A DNA stretch of 64,000 nucleotides, taken from Paraspadella gotoi. Lineage: Eukaryota; Animalia; Chaetognatha. The notes beneath the pieces were generated by a model, which did no database searches, had not been told where the DNA came from, and worked only from the letters and a program-made list of their open reading frames with translations. The position numbers and the translations under genes are program-made. Below, piece after piece: positions 26,294 through 39,600 of this stretch (the stretch's first letter is position 1; every line of letters starts with the position of its first letter). The stretch lies in assembly GCA_051294375.1 (NCBI GenBank), contig CM119269.1, positions 4,435,098-4,499,097 on the forward strand, written 5' to 3'.

Positions 26294-28250
26294 TAGAATT
26301 CTCTAGAAATATCAATAAATGCGGAGAAATCTCGAGATCGATGCAAATTGTTGAACGCAGATAATAATTGTGGCGACAAAAAAAAAAAGTATTTAAAAGG
26401 GATCTCATAATGAGAACATGGTTATTAAAGGGCCGATATTATATATCACATGGCATAGTATGCCATTGGCAAACATACATAGCCTATACATTAACAAAGT
26501 ATAAATATATACCGTCAATAGGAAGTATCTACTATAAATCCCCGTAATAATGTTCCCAGGTCATTACACTTATAAATTATCTTCAGATTAACGCGTATGA
26601 TATTAACTTAAATATTAGGCGGTAGGATGTAAACTGGCAAACTGGACGAAGAATGAATAGTTTTGAATACGAAATTTTACCATAAGTTCGAAGAATGTTC
26701 TAAGCTTAACATTTCTAATCAGAAACAGTGAAAAACCACAAAATCTTTCGCAACTTAATTTCCTTGTTTAAACCAGTGACGCAACCGGATATAAAATATT
26801 TATAACGGCTGGATCCCATTCTCCACGTTCTCCCGGACGTCCACGAGGGAACCGGTGGAGACATCTTCTCAGAGCGGCCGTCGCTGAAATGTCAAGTTGT
26901 AATTCGTCGAATCTTCGACAGTCGGCGACTCAAGTCAAGGAGATTCATGAAAAAAGGTTTGCATCTGACAAAAGAAAAAGGGTGTATCAAGGATGTAAAA
27001 ATCTAAAAAGGTTTGTTACGAAATCACGTCATAACAAAGTTAAAAAGTACAGAAGAACATACAGTAGTAGAATGATTTGAAATATTTCGCAAACCCAATT
27101 TTTATCCGTTATTTATAGCTATAGGGGTAGCCTAGTAATGCGAGTTAAAATTTTAATTAGGCAACTCCTCTTAAAAATATAAAATTAGACAACGTTTTTA
27201 AGATGATTCTATACCCTATATTTTACATATTAATTTGTTAATATTTATTTATAGATTAAGGTTAAAACACTTTTTGAATATTGCATTTTTGAGATCATAT
27301 TCGGAATTTTTAAAAGTTGTATTTGTGAAATTTATATTTTTTAAGCTTTTAAGCAGAATCCATTAAAAAATTTAAGATTAAAAAAATCATTAAACATGTA
27401 TAGTAATATTATAATTCAATAATAAGCAAAGCCTGTCCAAAGTCAAGGGCAAGATAGCTTATTTATTAAATGAATGGATAATTTTTTTATATTGGTTGTA
27501 CCAATTTCATATCAATAATAATAAATCTAAAATTATTTTTTTTAAAAAATATCTTTTTGTACCATAAAGTTTTAAACCCCCGCCCGTTTTTATTTCAAAT
27601 TCATAGTGGATATGTATCATAGGTAAAATACACTGGCATACACTGAAAGAAAAAAAACCTATAAAATTACTGAGAAAATTAGTCAAAGAAATTAAACTTT
27701 TATAGTGATTTTTTTTTAAACAAGAAATTTAATTTAAAGTAGAAATTACATACTTAAAGGCGTCGACAAATGAAATTCCCTTTTTCTATCATCTACCTGT
27801 AGCAATTTTAACGATGAGACGTCACACCAAAGTAATAAATAACCTAACTCGAATTTGGTTAACGTAAATCTAAAGAAACTTGGTGAATGTAAATCTCAAG
27901 GAAGTTATCGACCACAACAGGAAACGATATCGTGAATTTTCCAAGACAAATGATTGGAACTAACGATCGTAATGAACATCTGACTCGAATAAATACTAAG
28001 TAGAAAATAGAGAAAGATTAAACGCGTAACATTTTACATATGGTTACATTTACGACATAATGATCGACGAAATCATCACTAAAATTATAACCAAAAAATA
28101 TTTAAAAAAGTGTGAGAGATCATAATACAAAGTAGTCCCCCTTCATCCGTCATCATATTTTACGTGAACGTGGCAAATTATCGAATCGGAGGCGGAGACA
28201 AAAAAAAAAATCTCGACAATAAAATATTAAAAAGAAGAGTCTCCCGTTCA

Positions 28251-31200
28251 TCATGCGTCGAACACGAGCTTCCTCGGTTTCTTCCGGCCGACGACGCCTC
28301 CGCCTCCAGCCGAGCCGTCGACGCAGCGCCGCTTCACAGGGAAAAAGTCTCCCAGACGTTTCTGTTCGACGGAGGCGACGCTATTCTTTCGCGAGGCGTG
28401 ATGCGATGAGCGCGTGAGGCGCGGAGGCGTCGGCTCGGGAGAGAGACGCGTTGATGGGGTCGGGGCAGCTCGTCGAAGATTGTGCGGACGAACGGGGGTA
28501 GAGGTCGTCGAAGCGATCGAAACTTCAGCGGGAATTTCGGTGGCTCCGGCTGGAATGTCAAAGGCGACGTCGGAAATGTCGGGAGTCGCTCCTTCGGACA
28601 CGGAGGCGGTGCGAACGATTGATGCGTGAGCGGCGAATGGTAAAGGAAGGGATGACGAATCGTCGAGAGGATTCGAATTCTGGAAAAAAAATAAGATTAA
28701 ATTAAGAGAAAACAAGACAAGCCGGCCTGAGTCCCGCATCGTTACCTCGTCTCTCACGGACGTCCTTGCTCGTTTTGGCGGCGGCGTCAGCGGAGCTGCT
28801 TCAGAACCGCGGGCGAAAACGTCGTCTGGAGACGCGGCAGTGACTCCACCGCTTGGAGGAAAACTGAAGCCAGCGTGGGCGGCGGCAAGTGGAGACTGCG
28901 GAGCGAATCGCCGGCTATGTCCTGGGTTTTTTTTATTTAATGTAATTAATAATTTATAAGAAATTTATTAAGAGAATTACAATTTCCAAAAGGAAAAATA
29001 TTTGAAATTACCGGCGTTAGTTTCGGGATCTTTGGAAAGGGGGGCCTTTTCCCACTCCCAGGATCCGCCAGCGAGAGGAGTCATGGTCGCGAAATTGAAA
29101 TCCCATTTTTGACATTGCTCTTCGTTCAGCACCTAAAGTAAAATGAATTTAAAAATAAAATTTCATTTTTAAATAATCTCAATTACAACTCGAAAATTTA
29201 GGTAAAGCACGCATAATTATAAACTACTTCCTTGATTTCCTTTCCCCCCGAAATTATGATTATGATCTAACTAATTATGTAAGTAATTATGTATATTATA
29301 TAAGTATATTATATTATTATTATATATATTATAATATATATTATACATATTATAATATATATTATACATATTATAATATATATTATACATATTATAATAT
29401 ATATTATATTATAAGTAATTATGGCTCCAATCTTTCGCAACTCAATTCGACCTTCAGCAATTACAAACTTTTGACCCTAGAGCGTCAAGGAACGAAAACC
29501 CGTCGAACAAGTCACAAAAATAATGTTGAATAAAATGGAACATAAGTTTGATCCATGCCTCAAAACAAAAACGGCTTGGTGCAACCGAACTACAAAAACA
29601 AAATAAGGAATAAGAGCACTCGACCCAGATCCTGCTTTTAAGAGCTGTGAACCAAACCTCAAACTAAATGTTTTTTCCTTTCTAAATCAAATAACTTATT
29701 TTAAAAGCAACCGAGCGAAAGAGAACGAGATTCTTACTCTCAGTTCGAAAGCTGATAGGCCCGGGCAAGCCTTTTGAGATTTTCCACCTTACCGGGACGG
29801 GTTTAAGGAATTGGGTGAAAGCCTTAAAAACGATTCTTTAAAATCTCCGAAATATAGAATGCTGCGCGAATCTCTCGGGAGGTTTTTAACTCGCAAACTT
29901 TTCATGGATTCAAAGAAGCATATGACTGTTTGTCGACAAACTAAAAGCAAAGAATATCTACGTCTCAAGAACACGATTAATCATCCACGAAGCTACAGGC
30001 CTTAAAGTTTTGGCGGGAGTGTCGGAGAGGAAAAACAGTTCCTTCGCTCCCCTTCGGCCTGGTGGCCCGGGCAGGAACGGGTCGGGCGCGGGATCGAGCG
30101 GGATGAGATAAACAAGTTCCTTCGATAAACGGAATTGCGCAGTTAGTGGTTAAAAAAAGCTCTCGATAATCGATCGACGAATAATTTTTTTAAATCCTCA
30201 CCTTTATTCCCCTCCTTGCCCCCCGCCCCATTCCCTCTATATCGAAAATCTACTTCATCCGCGCGCTTGCATAACCTAATAAATAGACTACATAATACCA
30301 AGTTACGATCCGAAATCTCGGCGATATTTTCGGTTGCTTCGGCTACGAAATTCATGAATACCCACGAGATGTAAACTTTTTGTGTTCCGATTCCTTCCGC
30401 CAGCTATTCATTCATTATGCGGGACCATTCGGGTCTCGAACCATCAAGACGGGATCATCCGGCGGAGATAAAACAATCGCAATTTTATGTCACAAGAATC
30501 TCTATTCAATCTTAAGTAATCATCTTAAAGGAGGATTCTCCCGTTGCCCCGGGAGGTTATTTACCGAGTTTTATGCCCGCATCAAAATCGCGAATGTCAA
30601 AGAACGGAGAGAGCGGTTAAATACCCGGAGAAGGAAAGATTCTAAAGAGATTCGAACGTTTTCAGTGATAGACAATAAAGCTAGAGTCCCCCTATGTATA
30701 GAGTTTCGACTAATATTTCATTCGACCTCGGATAAGGATGGAGATTGAACATTTTCTACCCGACAAAAATAATACCTAAATGATGACGTAAAAAGACCTT
30801 AATCATTACTTTTTGCAACGTGGGAAAGACAACCATGAAATTCATAGGGAATCTTTCCCACAAGATCCATTTCTACGATTCCCTTTCAAAAGTTATCCAA
30901 AACGATTAATTCCATTCATAGCTTACGATGTGGGGGGGGGGGAGAAACAAATAACAGACGTCATCATCAATCACGTAAATATAGAATGGTCTTTAGTGGA
31001 ATCGCCCCGATGAGACAGCTATGACTTACTCCGAAAAAGATCTTTTGTTTTAAGATCCTTTATGTTAAGTAATTCCTATCCTGAATTTATGCAATGCAGT
31101 GAAAAAATCATCAATCACATAGATGATAGAGACAGAGGCTCGTTTAAATAATATCTCAATAAATTCAGTTGAAACTGATTATTGAAACATTTGTCTAAAA

Positions 31201-33681
31201 TGAATGACTCAATATTTTTTTAGCTCAAATGATTCGAACAAAGACGATGACGACTACAACGACGAAGTCTGTGTACTTTAAAAACACATTGTACATTAAA
31301 ACACATTCCAACATAATGACATATAATGATGATTGCTATTATATTAAATTTTTTTACTCAAAAATGTTTTTTTATTGTTTGATAAACATTTTGATTAAAT
31401 CAAAACAAAACATGCCCTCTATTTTAAAAAAGGGCTAAAATCAGATTCGCAGTAGGGCGTCATCGAAAAAAAGCCGAGGCAATTTTGAAATTGAGTTCAA
31501 CGACCTCAACGAGCTCTGGCAGTTGAAAAAAAAAAATAACGCTTTAGTAGACTCGACCATGCGAAAGACAAAATCAAATACAAAAAAGGGCGAAAAAAAC
31601 TTGTGAAAAGAAACGACTAGGTAATGAGAATGGTTGGATGAGAAAATAATTGGATTTCACCGCAACATATGGAGAATTAACCGATACATGAATTCACAGC
31701 CCAAAGAATAAGACCACACAATTCCAACACACAATCATACAAAAAAAAAAAAAAATTCAAGCACCACTACGAAAATATATATATTATATATAAGATCAGA
31801 TCTTTTAACGGACACCTGGACAATGAACATTCTCTGAAAGAGTCAGTTTTAATTCCGAGTTATTGCGAAAAACCTCTGACGTCTCGATGTAGACCGCACA
31901 GCTGAATTTCGATTCGATCGCCCAATATCTTGCCAACAACCAAAGGTCTATAAAGATTCGCAAGCGCGTGCGTCCAGCCAAAGGTTCTGCAAGTATCTAC
32001 ATTTTCTCCCCTTGTCTAAAACCTTTTCAAATCTCTCACTTTCACGTCTCTTTAAACGATTCCGATCAATGGAGCATGGCGAACAAACTTCTCCCTATTC
32101 ATCGATAACTAGGGCTAGAAAATTGCCAGCTCGCTCGCCAAAACGGGCTCCCACAATGAATGGAGAGGGTTGGAAAGAAAGCGATCAGTGGTTTCTCGTT
32201 CGGTCGGCAATTAAAATCTTGTTTTGAATTTTTTTTTTTCCGAGGACTCTCTGTGCCATCACATGCCTATGAAGAATTGCGTTAAATTTATGGGCAGCGA
32301 GCGGATACGCCCGACAGTTTCGAACATAAATCAACGAAATCCTGATGATGTGGAAGAACGAAGGAGCAGAAAAGTGCCTTTTTTCCTCCTCATTGAATTC
32401 AACCGTAGAAAATCCCATAAAAAAGGGTGAGAGAAAGTGAAAAGGTGCCGACGAAAAGGCTGCATGAAAAATGCCCCGGGCCCCTTTGACACAGAAAATC
32501 TTCCCTTTTCCCTTTTTAGAGAAAATGAGCGTCACCGTCTGAATTTTCCATTCATTCGAGAATGAATGAGATTTTGAGTTTTCGTCCCCTTTGTCGTCGT
32601 CCTCGTAGTCGGACCGAAGCGAAAACGCGCGGGGTCCTCGGGGCAAAGAAGACGATGGTTTGGGACTGGATACGGTGGGAACGTTCTCACGAGAAGGCGA
32701 TGTCACCTCTCGTCGTCAACCCCTAAGGGCCCAGAGGCGAATTTTGAAGATCTTATTAATCACCTCTGGAGATGAAGCTCATAATCCTTAAATTTTTATA
32801 CCCGGGAAACCGATACATATACAGGAATGAAATTTTATTCCTCAGTTATTTACATGTACTGACGCATCTTAACAAGCTACTGTAACATCATGATAGAAGA
32901 CATCACACGTAAGATAAATATTTCTAGGGTAACAAATATGAACTAACGGCCAAAAGGGGGGGGGGGAAATATCGAAGTCTATAAAAGTGGCTCCTATTGT
33001 GGAAATTGAAAATCCCTTGTCGTAGGGAAAAAAGCGTGAATGCCTTCGAACGGGCGTCGCAATGGTGGCCATCCCCCCTCATATGTTTCCCATTGTCACG
33101 GTGCTCGGACTCCATTCAAAGTCGACCAAGCCGAACGCTGCCCCATTTTCCAAAACCCCTTCTCTTAAGCCCGATGACATTTGGGAGAAAATAGGCATTT
33201 CGGTTGAGTCGATTAATTTCTATTTTTTAGGAATGGGGTGAAAATATTTTGGTAACTTAAAAACTAATACTAATTTTAGAAAAATTATTATTAGTAATGG
33301 TAATTTTAGTAAAATTCATTTTTATACTTTTTTTTTGAAAAATGAAAGTACATAAATTTTGTTCTTATCTCGGCAGTAGGTTTCCTCAAAATTCTACAAA
33401 TTATTTCTTTCCTCAATCTTTCGTTTACAAATTACAAATCACGCGATCAGCCTATCACAGAAAATATTAACAGATTCAAGTTTTTCAATGATTGTGAGAA
33501 AACTTACCCTCAGCTCATTTTGCAGCCATGAAGTTAACTCGTCATGATCGGGGCGTCCGAAGAGACATCGCCGACATCGCTGGCGGACAACGCGGTTTTG
33601 GATGCGGGGTCGTTGGCGCAGTGGCTTGGTGGGCGTCGTTGGTAATGAGGGACGCAAAATGGGGCGCGGTGGCGATTCCAT
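28251..33681 (-). CDS. Cip/Kip cyclin-dependent kinase inhibitor (CDKN1/dacapo family)
   Basis: Exons 33681-33508, 29132-29012, 28921-28746, 28679-28251: CRRCLFGRPDHDEL..QKWDFNFATMTPLAGGSWEWE (CDI domain), C-terminal QKRLGDFFPVKRR (PIP box) and KKPRKLVF (RxL). Confidence 0.92.
29305..29412. repeat. AT-rich minisatellite (about 21-bp unit)
   Basis: tattataatatatattataca repeated in tandem. Confidence 0.85.
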
Positions 33682-35081
33682 TGTTCCAACTTGATGATGA
33701 AAATGAAAACACAAACATTTGACATAAATTTAAAATAAAAATTCTAAACTTAAATCCTCTCGATTTTAACATATTCTGTAGATCTTATTCCTCTACAGCA
33801 GCCCCCGTTGAGACACCTCTTTCCTTCGAAACCGCAAAGCAGGTGTTCCTTCTTAGATGGACTTTGTCACCTCCAATTCCGCCAAAATTATACCAGGACG
33901 TGGGAAGAGAAATCTGAAATCCGATTCACGAACCAGACAATAGTCATCGAAATTGCAGGAGCAACACGAATTGGATATCAAATCCTCAAAAACTGACATT
34001 TCTGAGATCTGGCAACAGAATTTGTTGACAAGACAATTTAATACAAATTTTTAGCTCGAGAGTCGATTTTCAATTAGATGACGGAATCAGATATGCTGAG
34101 TCAGACTTGTACGTCGGAAAACTCCTTTCTGTCCTCCCGGACGCATTTTCTTTATCGCAGAATCTCGAGTCTTTTTTTATAAATAAAATAAGCATTCCGA
34201 TCAATCAAACATACGAAAAAAAACACGGAAATTTTTCTGGAATAGCCGAATTCCTAGAGAACCGTGACTAAGAAAAATTGGCCGAGTAAATGGATTCTTT
34301 ATTCTCATTTCTTCCTCCCCCCTTGCGCCACCCACGTAAAAAAAGCAATGGTCACAAAGCGACATGACCGTTTTTCTTTAAGAGGGGGTCACCGAATCCT
34401 CGGCGGTTTTTTTAGCGAATTCATAAGTTGAGAACAAATATGCCGAGGGAATTCATTGGTTGAAACTTTCTTATTGAAAATTGAGTGGAATGACTGGGAT
34501 GGTCCTTAATACTAATGTTAGTATTAATATATTCTTTTAATAGGTCATCTGTACTATACTGGTTAGATCCATAAACGTCAGATATAAGTTTATAAACCCC
34601 TTAATACACGAGTGAATAATTTACATGTAAATTCTAAAAAAAGCACTATTACAAATCTGTTATCGTAACGAATTCTAAAACATGAAGCTAGAACCGCGTA
34701 GCAATAATATATACAAATCTGTAATAATACCAACTTACCAGTATCAACGCTTATTTTTTCGTGACCGTCGATGGAGAAATGTTTGGAAAATTAGGTCCGG
34801 ATTCGGAAATTCCGAGGGTTGTAATCCCAACAAAGTTTATCTTTGACGGGATCGTATTTTCTCACAATAGTGCGAAGAAAGCTGGCGGTGATTGGGAGCA
34901 AGGATTTGGACGGAGAGCTCGGCCAACATGGACGAAGAGCTAAGACAGCGTGGTGAAGTCTCTTGGAGGAAGCGTCGGTCTCGATCGCTCCGACGAAGGA
35001 AGAAGATCCGCTCTTGGAGATGCCCGGGAGGAAGAGGAGGGAGAAGGATCCAAGTCGAGAGAGCGAGTCTGCGAGAGAGAA

Positions 35082-35083
<2 letters not shown>

Positions 35084-35133
<50 letters not shown>
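35084..35133. repeat. (GA)n microsatellite near the putative CKI promoter
   Basis: Directly visible; lies in a GC-rich island upstream of a minus-strand donor at about 34737. Confidence 0.9.
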
Positions 35134-35137
<4 letters not shown>

Positions 35138-36653
35138 TCACGCTTCGCTTCGGAAAGCAGCACCCGCATCAGCAAGGAAAAGAGCGGCGGCTGCGGCGCC
35201 GGCGCGGTCGCTTCGTTAAAGATAAAAATAAGAAACGAAAATCGAAAGAACGGCGGCTGCGGCGGCGGGGAGGAGGAAGAGGAGAAAGGGATGATGAGCG
35301 GTGAAATGAAAAGAAGAGAAAGCTATTGAAAAATATCCTTAGATTTTTGGATTGTTGCATTATAGTTTATACTTTAGATTTTGAATATAATAAATAATAA
35401 TATAGATAATAATAAAGAGTAAAAAAAGAATTTTAATTTTTTTCCGATTTTAATACTGAAGACATCATAATTTTGTTAACATGTTTTATATTTTTAGTTT
35501 TTTATTTTTATGACTCTTTATTTTTTATTAAAGATTCAAATTCCTCATAATTTATTATATTAAGATATTATTATAATTAATATTAATTAATATTATTATA
35601 AATGTATTGTAATTTATGTTTTTATATTTTAGAATTATACCACTTCACTACTAACAACAAAAAAGAAAGGATTACTTCAATACACTTTATGTATAATAGT
35701 TATTGTAACATATTTTAAATAAAAAAATTTTTCTTGAGAGCTCCACTCTAGTGATAATGTTACTAGCATATTTATATTAACACCAGCATACCTAGCTAGC
35801 GTGACCGTCAAAGGTTTAAACCCAGAAATTATGGTTGATAAATAAGTACTTAGTTGTCCAATAGGATGAGCTGAGTTTTACCAAGCTATCCAGGAAGTGA
35901 ATTTAGGATTCGACACAACTCTTCTTTAAGCCGCTACAGATATTTAAAATTTACTAAAGTTTAAAAATAGTTAATAATTTAAATTAATGAATTAAAATTT
36001 AAAAAAATAAATATGAAGTTTAAATATATTAAAAATAATAATAATAATAATTTAAAATTTGTTTTAATAATATATAAATTAAATTATATTAGGTAAAATT
36101 TTTATATTTTTAAAAAATAATATGATAATAATAAAAATATTCCATATATATAATAATATTTTTAAAAACTATTTTTAATATATAAAAAACTAAAATATAA
36201 TTAAAAGTATTTAATTAGGTTTAATTTTTTTTTTAATTCTAAGGTCGCTTAGCGCGATCGAGAAAAGTTAGGAGTTGTTCTTCTCCCTCATCTTCGTCGT
36301 CCGGCGAGTTTTCTTCGAGCTGCGGCAGCTGAGGAGGATTTTTGGTGAAAAAGGCGGGAAAACTGGCCTGGGCAAAGTTGAAGGCGTTGCGAAAAACCTC
36401 TGCGAGATAATTGAATTGGGTAAGGGAAACAAAATGCGATCAAGAAGTTTATTTACCATATTGAGGATTAACGAGAAATTAGTAAGTTTACTGTGATTAT
36501 ATTTGAAAAAAAAACCAAAAAAAAACAGATGTTCCAGTTTTCTTTATTCGCTCGTTCACTTCAACACGATGAGGACTTCAGTCCGAAACTAAAAAATGTT
36601 ATATTTGTCGAACGAAATAGGTCAATTCTTTTGAATCACTTGGGGGGTGGATA

Positions 36654-39600
36654 TCAAATTTGCGGTTGACCGATTTGGAACTCTTCTCGCCACTTGCACG
36701 CCCAATAATTAAAGAACGTCAATGGGTCCATTTGTTTTGTTTTGTATCTTTCGGATGTGACGGTTTCTCCGTCTGCAATTTTCATTTTGTCCAAAGCATC
36801 CATTGCGTTTTGAAGTCTGTAACTGGCGTTCCAAAGCTCGTTCCCTTCAGATACTGGTAATAAAAGAAATAATAATAACATAATTGGATATATATAATTA
36901 TATATATAAATATTCTAAAAGAAATTAATATTAAATTAAAACTATTACTATCTTGAAGTATATTGTACTAAGTTGAAAGCGTTTTTTAATTATTACTTTA
37001 TTAAGATTATGAAAATTTGCAAATTACTTGTTTCACTATTTTTTATTTTTCTATTTTAATATTTTAATATTTTTATGAAGAATTTAGTATTTAATCTATA
37101 TTATTTATTCAAACATATATATTGCTTTCTTTTTTAAAAATGTTTTATTTATCTAATAATTCAATTTGGGAAGGGGAAGTCAGTGTTGTCTTCTGGAAAT
37201 AGAGGGAGATTACTATCTGTCCTAATTTTCTAATAGATATACATCATTTCTGTTAGAAAGTCATTAATGAAAAATCATAATATCTAAGAGGCCGAACAGA
37301 AAGGGGTGGGAATGGATAATTTTTTGAGGGACCATATTTTATATATTTTATGACGGCAATATTTCCTGAGATTTCCAAAAACTTTTTTTTAAAGATATCA
37401 TCGCAGAGAATGGACTATTTGTTATATTGTTTACTGCCTGCCCTTTTTCTGCAAAATCTACATATTTTGTATGTTAATTATCGTCATGCCAACGAAGGAA
37501 GTTTTATTGACGTACGAACACGTTGGGATGATGATAATTAATATACAAAATATATAGATTATGCAGAAAAAGGCCAGACAGTAAACAATATAACGAATAA
37601 TCCATAAGGAGTTAGAACTTAGATGTTAGGTTCTTGAGGGAAGCCTGATTGGTCTGTAGTCGGGCATTGCCTTTAAGCATGACACCTTCAGTCGTGACCC
37701 GGTGGCTCATTGAGTAAGGCCATCAGCTCATGACCACTAGGTACTGGGGGCGTGGAAAACCCTCAAGCCTGGTTCCAGGACCCGTTCCATGGCTGCAAGA
37801 GGGGGTTAGCCCCACTTAGCGCCTTATCCACAGGTCAATCAGAAGAAAGGACGGAGAAGCCAAGAGAGGCAAGCTACTTGATAATCCATTCTCTGCGATG
37901 ATATAGTAAAACAAGTAATCTTGTAATTGTATTTCTTGTAGTTGTAACTTTCACAACAGCGTATAAATGCATTTTTTTCTATCTTTGATCACTGAAGTTC
38001 TTGCCGAATATTTTCAACAGGGCGAAAATGTATCGGCAGGCAGAAACACGTTTAAAGAGATCACTAATTGAGTAGATCACGTTTTACTTTTATAAATTTA
38101 TTAATTATTTAACATAACCAGTAACATTCTCTATCTCCATATCCCTCTCAAACACACAATACAAAATCAACCATGTTTTCAAGCATCGAAATCGCCATCG
38201 CAACGAAAGCGTCTTATCAATACGTCGAGCTCAGGGCCATCGACTTACCCTCTTGACCGTCGCTCCTTTCGAGTTCCTCGGGAAGAGGAGTGAATGAGTT
38301 GGATTGAAAAGAATCCTGACGCCGGAAGGAATCCTTAAGAATGGTGAGGGCGGAAGAATCGTCGCTGCTTGATAACAGGGAGTTGTTCGGCTGAGGGTTA
38401 AATTTTCTAATTATTAACATTTAAATCTGTGTCAAATATCTATCGTAAATTAGAAAAAATCTATGGAGGACTAGTAGCCCTAGGGCCTTGGCTGAGAATA
38501 GTCTTAGAAGCGAGCGGGAGGGGAAGAGGGAGACTTAGTAAATAGGAAAAAGTTGAGAAGTTGTACATATAAACTGCAAGGAAAGTGTGAGGAAGATGGG
38601 TCCATAGTAAATTAGAAAAAAATATATGGAGGACTAGTACTAATGGTAGCCCTAGGCTCAGACTAGAATGGAAATAAAATACATACATACATACTACGTA
38701 TCTCGGGAGAAGGGGAAAAAGTTAAACTAAAAAAAAAAAAACGAAAGGCAAAGATATTTAATTCTAAAAGATTCTTACGTTTTTTCTTTCTTCGTCCATG
38801 GCAAATTTGTTCATGCTGTTGCATTTTGAATGTTGATTCAGAACCGGTGGAACTGACGGAGCGATCGTCATATTCATCTTCAGCGCGTCCGTTAATGACT
38901 CGATTTTCTCCGGCGTTTCGATTCGCCGAAGCATTTCTCGTTTGTCGGGATAAAGCTGAACCAAATGTTCCCGAAGAATATCCTCGTAGCCTTTGAGCAT
39001 TAAATATCGAGACTCGGGAGAGAGGGTGGACGAAAATCTGACGGTAAAAATAAGATGTTCAAACAGCGGACGCCAATTTCAACATGACCATGACAACATG
39101 ACCATTTTTAACATGACGTAAGAAACTAGGTCAAGTGACCACGGTCACTCTTTTTTTCTGTCCGATTTGCACCATTTCTAAAATTCATAGGAACAATGAA
39201 AATGGAGCAGTAATCGGTCCCGTGAAAGTAACGATGAACGGGAATTAAAAAAAAAGTGAAAAAAGGAAAAGAAAGGAAAAATGCTATATACTTATTACAT
39301 ATAAAATTATAATATATGAGTGTCCAAAGTTCCCTGGCCTCATTAATTAAATGACTTATTTTATATTGGTTGTATCAATTACATAAGAAAAGAGGAAACA
39401 AGAGAAAGGAAAAAGAAAAGAAAAAAGTAAAAAGAATGATAGAATGAAAGAAAAAAAGAAAGAAAGAAAAAATTAAAATGAGAAAAAAATAATTTTCTAC
39501 CTCGGATTTCGCTGATGCTCCAACATTTCTTTTTGCTTCCATTCTAAGTCGTTCCTTTTAACGATATCTTCTAGTCCGAGGCTGATCTCCGTTCTCTTTT

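Noticed and set aside
34791-35360. ORFs with ERERER/SLSLSL runs (also at 6019-6301)
   Set aside because: Translations of (GA)n microsatellites.
36555-36595. GATGA-ggact/agtcc-GAAAC hammerhead-like fragment
   Set aside because: Core lacks the CU and no stem I or III is evident.
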